This document shows positions 12,154 through 23,150 of a DNA stretch of 38,105 nucleotides, one piece after another. The DNA comes from Basidiobolus ranarum (Eukaryota). Numbering within the stretch: the stretch's first letter is position 1; every line of letters starts with the position of its first letter. The notes beneath the pieces were generated by a model. It was not told the DNA's origin. It searched no databases and was given only the letters and a program-made list of their open reading frames with translations. The position numbers were made by a program, and so were the translations under genes. The DNA lies in contig JASJQH010000050.1 in assembly GCA_040143965.1 (NCBI GenBank), positions 1 through 38,105 on the forward strand, read 5' to 3'.

Positions 12154-12806
12154 AATACAACCATAAAATTACTGCATAAATAGATTGAGAATAGATGGGA
12201 TATCAAGTGCATATGTCATTTAAATTGAAATTACATCCAGATAATTTGGGAAAGAAAAAAGTTCATTGTTGAAAATATGAAAACTAAAAATGATTCATCA
12301 TTATTACTATTATATATGTCTCGTTTGATTTCAATAAAATTGAATACATTCAAAGAAATGCCAACATATTAGAAGTAAAAGATTATGAAAAGATTTGGGA
12401 GGGAAAAAGAGGAGGGTTGAAGATAGATAGATCAGACATGGTAATACTGCCTAGATAATGAAAAATCAAGTGGCGATATTATTTCTATGCATCAAGAAAA
12501 TGCTTGAGAAAAGAATTAATTCCAGAATTTATATACACTGGCTGAGGGAGGAGGTGCACCAAGAGGATGAACGGAGATAAAGTAAGGGGTAGAGGATTAA
12601 ACTTGGTGAAAAATATATGGGAAAATGACTAATCCTTCAATATTTTCATGGATAATCTATGAGCTGCTCTCCTTACTCAATCTCTCTGACAACTTTCTAA
12701 TCCTGCTTGGAAATTATATTTGGTTGTTTCAAATCCATTTGCTACTTTTTTGGAGTGTAAACATTTGATGAGTCAGTACCATTTAAGCATCATATCTGCG
12801 ACTCTG

Positions 12807-15800
12807 TCAACGACCTCTACCAAGATCGTGTGAAAACCGACACTTATCTCCATACCTACAGCTACCTTCGGCAAAAAATTTACAAGGTGCTGTCGCAATT
12901 CTAGATTTAATACCTGAGTGGTCTCTGCCTGGCCCCCAGCGACCACCACGATTTGGTCCACCTCTTCCGCGACCTCTGCCACCTCTATAATGCTTTCTAC
13001 CAGAGCCGAATCGCCATCGACGATCCTCTTCCTCATAGCCAGAATTGTAATCCTGTTGTTCATCCCCCTCATTATCATTGTATCTCTCATAATCATTACC
13101 GTATGACTGATATGATGGATCATATTCCTCCCGAGAATCCTAAAATATTCAATTTAATAAAAACTCTGATTATGTAGATAATTCGCATAGGTTACCTGAG
13201 GGTAATCTTGGTATGGGTCATATCCTTGCTCCTCAGTTGAATTCGGATGAGCAGAATGTGGTGCATCACTATTATTTGATGAGTACAATACTCCATTGGA
13301 ATTAAAAAAACATGTGACTGACCTAGTGTATTGATTCGATATATCCATATCAGGTTCATCGGGATTATAGGGTGGATCTTGTTGGGACCAACTCTGAGTA
13401 AACTCAGATTTCCATGAGTGTGAGGTGGATGTGTTGGACGGGCGGTCCCAAGATTGGGTAGAGGTAGAAGTGGTTTCAATGCTTTGACTTTGTAAAGATA
13501 CAGGGGCAGAGATTGGAGCTGCGGCTTGAACCTGTGATAATAATTGTGACAATTGGAAAGCTTCGCTTCCAACATCATAAAGTGGTATTGCTTTGACTTG
13601 ATGCGCAGAACTCTCACGAATATCCTCTTCTGGTTCATTAGGAGTGTCTGGGATATGACCTTCACTAAAGTAAACGGCAGATAGAACCTTGATCTCACGT
13701 TCTTGTTGGACAAACACTTCATTGCTATTTTCTCCACGTTGAACAACATTAAACTCGAGAAGAATGCAAAGAGGCTTTTCCCATTCTTTCATTACCGTTA
13801 TACTTGGTTCCTCCTAAAATGTTCGAGATGAAATGTCAATCATTTGTTCAATTATAAGTGTTCCTAAAGAATTTACGTACCACTTGCGTTTTGAATTCTC
13901 GAATTTGGACAAGTGCATGATCAGGGGCAAATGAAACACGCTTTTTCTTTGTTCCAGGTTTCAGTACACTTTCTGAGTCAGGTCTCATAGAGGGATGTAA
14001 ATCTAGAGTACCAACATGTGAGCCTATGCGGGAAGTCTTGTTTCTCCGCTCGGTATTATGAGAACCATTATCTTTACGCTTTGAGCTAATAAATAACATA
14101 AGAATTGAATTTAAGGACATTGTATCATCAACATATTTGAGTATCATCCTACTTATTCCCATCTCTAGAGAGTATTTTAGGTAAAAGTGCGTCCAACGGA
14201 GAAAATGAATTGTTTTTTGATTTTGATGAAGACCGAGTACCGAGTTTTGACACCGTAGCGTTGGGTCGAACTTTATTAATCTTTGGCAAAGATGTAGCGG
14301 AAAGGTTGTTAAAGAAATCGACGTTTGTAACAGCCATATTATCTTTCTTGTGTTTTATCGGTCCGGAGCTTTCGGATAGTTTCAATGAGCTGGTTTTGAC
14401 AAGTGTTGCCGAGTGAGGGAATTTCGAAATCTTGGCCTAGAAGGGCGACCGATTCGCTATTATTAGTGGTGTTACACTAATAGGGACAATTAGACGAGAA
14501 AAATTACCATGCCAGGATTCGAAGGTTTCTCAGGGCGAGATTTCTTCTGATTATCTTCTCGAGAGGTGTGACTACCATTTTTAGGGTTGTCAGCCTCAGG
14601 TTTATCACCATTTTCCCTAATAGACAACAAAATTAGTGACCCTAGCATATGAGATTCGGTACAGTAAGGATTCTACCTTGGTCGCTTCTTTTGTCCAGGA
14701 GTAGAGGCTGTCGAATTTCAAAGGGAGTTTAGCAGAGTTTAATAGAAAACTAAGTTTTTATCAAGTTTACTAACCCTCTTGCTGGATTAGCTTGGTCCAT
14801 CGATCCATTAAATCTATAGCGAGTTTTTTAACATCTAGTAATACATAAAATGATTAATTAAATAATCTACTAGGGTCAAGCATCCAAATACCTGCCTTCA
14901 TTCTCCGAATTCTTCAACGTCTTAATAACTCTACCAAGCATAGTTTCCTTCAGTGTATCAATATCCATCGGTATATTGCTCAACGCCTAAAATAGGAATG
15001 TGTCAGTGATGAAATTATAATATGAATATGATAGTTTCCAACTAACTTCTAATAACTTAATAAGCATTGGACTGCTTTCTTTCTGCGCTTGCACTATCCA
15101 CATGCGCAATACTGTAGGTCCTTTAGAATTGGAAAACCTGTGGGTACATAATTGATTAGATCAAGAGGATAGTACGACGAAGTCACATAGTCTTACGATT
15201 TTAGAGTGGTACGATCTGTTGTATTCACTAGTACTGTCAATAGAAGGGAGCGACTCATCAGTTGCTCTTCGTTGCGCATCAATTTAACAAATTTAGGAAT
15301 ATGATCAACATGACCCAATCCCCAATCTTTGTTAACAAGCGGAGTGAGCAAATGCATCAACTCATCTGCATTTTCCTACAAACATAGAATGAGTGCCAAT
15401 GCAAAAGATGAGATAGGACTAGTATAGAACGAACTTCTTTAGGTGTTGTTGCTCCACTCATTATGCCTGGATCATTGTCTAGCGGTAAATCCTCTATTGT
15501 ACAAAAGTTAGGAATTAGCAGCTTAAGTTAAGATCAATCACAAGTATACTGACTTCGAGGAGGCGGGACGATAACCTCGACAACATACTTGGGTCGTACT
15601 ACAAGTGGCACTAAAATGTGAGCATTGGAAAAATAAAATGTCTAGTAATATTTGTTAGGAAGTTATTATACAGACCTGCAGGAATAAATGGGCTAAAGTT
15701 TGGTCTAGGATTGAATACTATAACGAAACAATGAATCAGTAAGAAAGGTGAATTGAAGTGTATTTAAGATAAGTGCACCTTTCGTGGCATTCTGGTAGTT

Positions 15801-18800
15801 CTGGAAATAGTCAATTGCTCTATGGTTGATCAGGTTCAAGTTACCCCAATTGTGTGGGAAAGCAATGGGCGTAGAAGTAGGAATGGACGAGAACCGCCCA
15901 ATATTAACAGAGGCAGCAGGATAGGGCTGCGTAGCATAAGATGCACCATTACCCATGGATTCCAATCTAAGTATAGAATCTAAATTGATGCTTGAGTCAA
16001 TACTATCAATCTAAACAACTTGCACAACGTATAGACTTGATAATTACTTGGATTCAGCGCCGGAAGAGTGGAGGATTCAGACTCGAAAGAGTTAAACACA
16101 GAACCGTTTCTCATATCCTTCTTCACATTAACTACACAAAAACATATAAAATACGCTTAACTTTATAAAGCTAGGATATCACTATGAACTAAAAGACTAA
16201 CCATCATTCAGATCAATCTTTGGGCCCTCTATAGTCCCGGTTTTCAACTGACTAGGTAGCAAAGAAATGTTGGGTTTGGTCGATATCGGATTCAAGTCAA
16301 CATTTGAATTAGCCATAGACGCAGCTGATTGGATGGCTATTTTAGCTTGAATAATATGTTAGACATTCGTTCCATAAAGCAATTCAACTTACACTTACAT
16401 GCGATTTCGAAATTGTTGACTGTGGAGAAAATGTTTACTTTAGAATGGAATAATTAATGGATAACATCAAGCACTTTGCAATGAAAGAGTAAACTACCAG
16501 GGTGAGAGATGTGGCTCATATTCGACCCTGGAACCATCGTAGTCCAGTCTATCATTTCATTAGAATTAGTATGTGATCTAAGAAATAAAGAAGAACGCAT
16601 CAATTACCATGTAGGAGATTTGATGCGTGGGGGCTGCCTATTACTGAAATGGATAGGAAGTCAATTAATAAATTTGTCATTGATATTTGACGCCGAAACT
16701 GAACGTAAAGTGATTCAATGGTCGGCAATTCGCTCAAGACTTAATAATAAGTTACTTACAAGGTGGCAAAGATATACCATAAGGTGCTGGATAAGTGTAA
16801 AAGGAATGGAGGAGGTCAGTAAAAATCAATCACATTCAAAACCATAGGGCTTTGCAACGCTACCATCCGATATTCCTTGAAATGGCGAACTATATGCTAA
16901 ATGTAAAGGTGAGCCAGAAGCTATTTATGTGCAAATGTTCCGTAAATGCTCTTACCAGCTGTGTTCATTGCTCCATGAGAGTGACGTTGGGCTAAAAGCA
17001 AGGGTGAGTTGATTGGGATGTCTACTCGGTAACAAAGATGATTTGAATATACAAACCTTCCACTAAATATAGGCAAGCACAAAAAATTGAGGAGTGATGT
17101 CAATGCGAATTTACCATTGCGAAGTATTTAAGATTGCTTACAAGTTTCAATTCCTTCCAGGAAATCGCATAAGTTGGATGCATCTCCGGCTTCGTTGTCT
17201 TTATGCAAATCTGTTAGATAGTCCAGTTCAAACCCAGATGAGTAGTTGATGTTAGGAGCTAAATTTCCAAAATGTTATATTAGTCTTGACATGGAATGTG
17301 CTAATTCCAACGAGGCAGTTGTTGTTTCTTACGATCCATGATAGACACGCCCTCCGTTTTCACTGGAACTACCTCCATCATCGAAGACCAGTCTACTGAT
17401 TGGGTGACCAATTGAAGGCATGCATTAGTCTCGCGAAAGAATATAGAAGAATATCGATATCCTACCGTTGTTTGGTTGGGATTCATTGAGAGGTGAGGCT
17501 GGTCGATTTAACGGTTCATTGAATCGCATCATGTTCATCCTGGGATCAGTGACTAACAGAAAGCATGCGGTCAATTGCTGAGAATGCATGATATATAATT
17601 GCAGCTTAACCTACTATTTGTATTTTCAAACGCCTTATTGCTAATAGATGAATTGAACGACGCCCATTCTAAGAGATTGAAAAGTAATGATTTTGTCAAT
17701 CAGACCATGCTACAAAACATTGGGCCACCTCCTGGTACCAGAAAAATATAACGACAAGAAACATGATGGAGTGGCTTCTCTACAACTTAAATATTAAACA
17801 CACCTTGCTTTCCAGTAGACTGTGAAGTAATCAAATTCCCTCCACTTGTGACATAATTAAGAGGGACAGGCTCTAGATAACGCACAATGTATTTAGCTTA
17901 AAAGCAGTGCAGACATTGATAATGGGGAATATTACCAGGAGTATTCGTTCCACTATCCGACCCTCTATCACCCAGAACTACAAAGCAATTGTTTAATAAC
18001 ACAATAAGTCAGTAAACCCTATGGACACAAATTGTAGCTTACCGCCAATATATTCTGGCTTTCCTTTGACCTGAGAATCTTTCCCTCGGCGTCTCGAAAA
18101 CCAAGTGTTGATCTGAAAGGTAAAAAAACGCGTACAAATTGTGTTTAAAACCATGATGTCTGGAGTGCAGGTTGGACATAAATAACCCTTACTTGGGCCT
18201 CAGAGCATCCAAACGTATTGGCCAGATCTGACTTGATCTGTTTGGAAGGATATCCATATCTTTCCGAAGTACGGTAAGCGGTTTCTAATTCCTCTATTTG
18301 CCCTTGTGTGTAGATCATTCGACCACGAGTTCGAGGAGTGTCTGAATTGTATCATTGGGTAGGTCGAAAGATGTATGGTGTTATGATTACATTTGCATGT
18401 CGAATTTGGTTCAATTATTGTGGTTTGTTTGGTAATTTTATGAGGAAATAAACCATAGTCAGTACGCGTTGCAATGTGAAGATTGTTAAAAATGTTATGA
18501 ATCCTCAACAAGATACAGCCTATTTGGCTTACTTAAACATGATACTTTGATGCCACTACCCGATAACTATCATAGATATAGCCACCTCTCCATTTTATAT
18601 GTTTGTCAGTAATTAACGTATTAGCTTAGAGTTGGTGTAAATGTATGCCCAAGGGAAAGAATCAACACGGTGCTTCAACCTTCGAAAGAATGTAGCAAAT
18701 TACTGTCCCAATGAAACGATACTTTTTCATCATGTTTTGAGGAATGCAATTTTGAGGTTGGCAACGTTAGAGAAGATCAAGACAAATATTCAACCAATGA

Positions 18801-19297
18801 AAATGTCAGGACATCTCTCTGGTCTTACTATTGAGAAGTAACTGGTCATAATCTTTTAAAACTTCTATCCTTTTGAATATAGACGGGCTTAATTCTAGTT
18901 CAAGTAATACTTGAGCAAACATATTGACCGTATTTACGGTTGGAGAGGCAGCTTAACGTAGTAGGGCAAGAAGTATATGTATGAAAAGAAATCAAAAATA
19001 GATGGGCTTTCATCCCAGTGACTTACCAGGCTGTTGGAAGGAGGAAAGCCCTCCAGGGTCAAGTGAAGTCGTGAGGTCAGGCATGACACCAAGTATACTA
19101 TTGGGTGAGAAGGCTATTGCATGATGACCTCCTCCATTCTCGGACAACAGAGAAGTCTGCATAGTCAATGGCATAGATATAGGATGAAAAGGTATGATGT
19201 AACTATCAAAACTAGCTCCTGAAGCAGGATAGATAGAGTCTAACTCCGGTTGTTGATATATGTGTCCATCATTGAATTGGTTGTTCCAGTTATTCAT
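12807..19297 (-). CDS. PNUTS/PPP1R10-like PP1 regulatory subunit (TFIIS-N-like domain, RVxF, RGG, CCCH finger) with N-terminal atypical homeodomain, ~33 exons
   Basis: Spliced translation 15375-14775 gives ENADELMHLLTPLVNKDWGLGHVDHIPKFVKLMRNEEQLMSRSLLLTVLVNTT...VLRMWI...LLEALSNIPMDIDTLKETMLGRVIKTL...VKKLAIDLMDRWTKL, resembling the PNUTS N-terminal domain. Also KKKRVSF (RVSF 13929-13940), RGENSNE..VQQERE...P.EP, an RGG tract, and CKFFAEGSCRYGDKCRFSH (12828-12884), then TGA at 12807-12809. Upstream exons join in frame back to ATG 19297. PNUTS identity is strong (~0.9); continuity with the 5' half is inferred from splice phases. Confidence 0.8.
18073..18341 (-). other. Homeobox split by a phase-0 intron (exons 18341-18193 and 18112-18043)
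   Basis: TPRTRGRMIYTQGQIEELETAYRTSERYGYPSKQIKSDLANTFGCSEAQ|INTWFSRRRGKD, with R5, Y8, Q12, L16, Y20, YP, LA, W48-F49 and R53. Absent from the supplied ORF track. Confidence 0.85.
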
Positions 19298-20789
19298 GGA
19301 AATAGAATGGAATGACAGTGCAACTCAGCAAGTAAAATTTTTCAGAAAGTTGATAGTAATGATGAGAATGAATTGTGTGCAAACTAAGATGTTTTCGAAA
19401 CCTGAGGCTGGCAATCAAGAAGTTCTAGCTAACGATGCACTTGTTAGCTGAGTAGACCGTTAAAGGGACTTGAGGAAGCTTAGAAGTAAAAGATATGTTA
19501 GTGGCGTTTGTAGCCTATCTAACCTAAGTATATGACAGAGAAACCAACGCTAGTGTGAAGAACTAAAACTGGGTTTAGCAACTGATTTAAATCATGATAG
19601 TTTTCAATGGATTCCTGTACTACTTCTAAACATCATAAAGTCTCCTTCCCACATGACTTCAATCGTTTCCTAATGTCCTGTATTAAGAAAGGCTATATTT
19701 TAATATAAGAGGGAAGTTCTGCTTTCAGTAAAGAGTACAATCAAATATCGATGATAATTGGATACCGATGTATATACTAAAAGCCATGCACAAGCAAGGC
19801 TCACCAGAAGACAGGGTTTATTGATTGGGGATGAAGGATATTGTTAAGATCCGCTGTTTTGCATGCTAATTTGTAACTTGATTTCATTAAGTCATCATGA
19901 GAGCGCAGATTTCAAAATCCACGAATTCTACGAAGTGTGATATGGTTTAGAAGACGCGATTTACAATTACTAAGCCATCGAAGTTAGATAGAAGATGTAT
20001 GTAACTTGATTTACCCTCTCAGTATATTATCAATATGTGTATTTGCTTAGATAAAATCACACGTGCACGCCTGGTGCCCAATCCTGACCAACTTGGAAGC
20101 ATCGATTATTGCCCTCCCCAATCAAAACCAATAGCTACTTAACATACGGTTTTACAACTAGTCTAAGATTGGCTTGCTAAGGAGCATTCTGAAGCTGAAG
20201 GAGAGTAGACTATGATTGGCGTTGTCGACTCAAAATCGCAGTTGGAGCCACATACCGTATTTAGTGGACAGATATTAGATTGATTAACCACCTGTAGAGC
20301 GTTCATGCTACCGTAGAATACTGATGAATATCCATCAAACAAGCTGTATGTAGCTGATGCTGCACAGCACAGTCATTCATGCCACATCCAACCGTGATAT
20401 TCCATCTTAAACCGGGATTCTGCCATGGTCGTATCTGGTGTGGGTTTAGGATGTACAGGCATTGCACGAAATGGAACACTTGCCTGATTGATCTTTGTTT
20501 TGAGTAAATACAGAGATCTCTTAATGATTGGTGAGACGCTAGAAATGTACAGCACACTCATATCCAATCAATAGATGGACTCTTACTGCGATATATAAGC
20601 AAGCCTTACAACATGGCTATTTACTTGTCTTCTATGGCACTTTGCGTGTCGGTGATCTGTTGAGCGTGGACCAACGTATAAATAAGCAATACAGCATGAT
20701 AGGATTCCATGTCTCTGCGAGGTTCTAGGAAGCATGCATATGTGGTGATTAGATTGAAATCAATGATTTTAGTTTAGAGGTTTGACTGC

Positions 20790-21450
20790 TTCATCTTGCA
20801 AATGCAGGGATCCATCCACCATCAAATTATCTGAAGCATTAGTTTGCATCTGGGTAATTCGCGTAATTTGACAAAACAATGGTGGTAATTTGTCTATGAT
20901 CAATCCGAAATTCACTGGAAATGCCATGTTTCTCAACTAAATACAAGTGGAAGTGCAGGACTCTGAGTATAAATGAGGGTTAGGGCTAGTTATGCATTTA
21001 GCCTAAAAGAGAATCAGCTTGCGCCTTTTCTGACAAATAGACCAGCTCTATGAAATCAGGGGGTTTTGACCCTTGACTGGTCATCTTTGTAACATTGAAT
21101 GAGACTGATCAGGACAGGCAATGAAAAACCGGCAAAGTAGTTTTAGAATACTTTCTCCAATACTAACTGTATGGGCGATCTGGGCTAGTCAAGTCGAATC
21201 AGCCTGTAAGCCCAGCTCGGAGGTCAGAGAGTTGTACAAATCAGCTGATCTCCAAATGATCTGTCAGAGGCATCACAAGAGACCATAGAGAACTGGCAAA
21301 CAGCAATTGGATTAGAATTGTATACTTCTCAAGAATAGCATGGACTGTATTTAGCAATAGCCGATTGAACTGTAACAATGGCACACTTGATATAGCACTA
21401 TTGCCTATATCTATATCCTACATCAGGCTCAGATGAGACTAATGGTACAT
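20790..21450 (+). mobile_element. Decayed Tc1/mariner-like transposase
   Basis: Ordered remnants across frames: PFLTNR (KP.LT.RH, ~21023), TLDWSS/VTLNET (DW..V.WSDE), ILTVWAI (VMVWG, ~21170), NSMDC...PIEL..W (SPDLNPIE..W, ~21335-21381). No TIRs found. Confidence 0.4.
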
Positions 21451-21899
21451 GAATGGAAGAGAGTCCTTAGGACTTCTTAAAGTGTAACTGAAGACAAACA
21501 ATATTGAACTAATCAGAAGAACACCGAAGTATGCGATGCATATCCTAAGAAATGTGTGTATCTTTTCCTGCTGAGCAGGTGACAAGAGTATGGAACCAAT
21601 GGACAGTTGGGCTTTTGAAGGAGCTTGTGGAAGCAGGTGTAGGTTCTAACCCATAAATCATAATGAACAATCTATATGGCCAATACTCTGAATGTGTGTG
21701 TGAAGATTAGTGATACATATGAGGTATGTTGCATCATACATAAAAGTGGAGTGCATATGATTGAGGAATGTAAATTCCAGAGTAACATATCGCCATCAGT
21801 GTGTTGGGGCTCTAGAAATTTAGCATTCATAGAATACTGTTGCTTGAATCTGTTAAGCTTGTCCCTTTGCAATAGGGGACTCCGCGCAATTTCAGTAAG

Positions 21900-23150
21900 T
21901 CGAGATCAGCTTAGAGTGGAGGCACTTGACTCGCAATTTTCGAAGTACACTGCATCTGGTTCACTAACATGAAATAACTCTAATATAATTGATGAAATTA
22001 CGTTCCATAAATAAATTGAACCACTAGGAAATGATGAGTGAAGTGAGCTCTTGCATCTTGTTCGTTTGTGTTGTGCTTTATTCCTTAACTCAAATTCGAT
22101 TTTTCGTAAAACTTTATGTATTCTCAAAATTGTTTGGATATTAGCCACTTTCCTCACACACGAGATAATTCAGGTATTATATACTACATATATCGTGAGT
22201 TTTAACTTTATTCAATCATAGCAGTGGACAAATCGGGCATGTTTGCTAGACAGAGATTTCCAAGACAATGATGTAAAAATGTGAGGTCGAAGAATAATGG
22301 TAGAACGCCTGAATGTAGAGAAGAATATTTAGTAAAATGGAACGATCTCTTAGATCGTGCTATTTAAAAAGCATCGAGAAGATATTGGCCTATCGATATC
22401 TCGGTGAGGAAAATGAGTACTAGGTGGTTAGAGATTTGGAAAGAAGAACTAGCTCTAATGTTTATTTGATGAAATTCAAGGGTCGATCCTATTGTTGTGT
22501 AGAACGAGTGACTATTTGAGGTTTCCCTAGACCTCATGTGCGAATTCGTTAAGAATAATCCTGTATTGTACACAAGCCATTAGAGAGAAATGGAATTTAG
22601 TAGATAAACACTTGGATGTTCATTTCGAAGAAGGAGTGAATAATTCCAACATAGATCACTTATTGGAAAGAAATACATTTGAAAAATAAGCATCCAGCCT
22701 TCCCTAAACTGCTGATGCTTCGACTGGGTCGTTCAATTTTGCCAGAGCTTGGATGAAATAGAACGATAACAACTGTGAGAATAAAAGCTATTGAGGTAGT
22801 TTTTTAAAGAAATATATTACCGAACCCCATGAAGAAATGACTGCTAGATATACCTAAGTATAGATGATTATAACCAACCAATTTCAAATTGGTCGTGTCA
22901 CTGCATAGAGATTAAGCTCTATGAAATATCGAAATGATATTCCAGCTGATAAGACCAAAGATTGTACACCTCGACCGTTTAAACGTCATCCCAAGAGTCT
23001 ACTGATTATCAAAGGTGCTAATAGTAGCAGTCTACTCTAGAACATTAAACATTTCAACAGAAGTTTGCTACGTTACCCCACATTATACCACCTGTTAGCG
23101 TTTATGAATTATGTAGAGTCACAATATGACGCTTCATCTCTCGCTCAATT
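21900..23150 (-). mobile_element. Decayed Ty3/gypsy pol (protease-RT-connection)
   Basis: Minus-strand order: TLGMTF (ILGMDF), VGII/PSS, SLMACVQYRIILNE (SLRLCVDYR.LN), FYTTIGSTLEFHQINI (FSTLDL..GFHQI), GQY/MLF (G.YE..MPF), LYIQAFYHYSST (VYIDDI.IYS), LRKIEFEL..KAQ (L.K..F.W...Q). Many stops and frameshifts. Confidence 0.55.

Noticed and set aside
12773-13749. ORFs 12773-13123, 12918-13106, 12953-13177 and 13192-13749
   Set aside because: Alternate-frame or antisense overlaps; the real last exon uses the frame encoding RGG and the CCCH finger.
18073-18341. Homeobox as part of a mating-type locus
   Set aside because: No partner homeodomain, HMG, pheromone or receptor gene is seen nearby, and the exon splices into the PNUTS-like frame.
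18200-18511. 103-aa ORF MLRIHNIF...
   Set aside because: Wrong frame; the homeobox is in another frame and most of this ORF is intronic.
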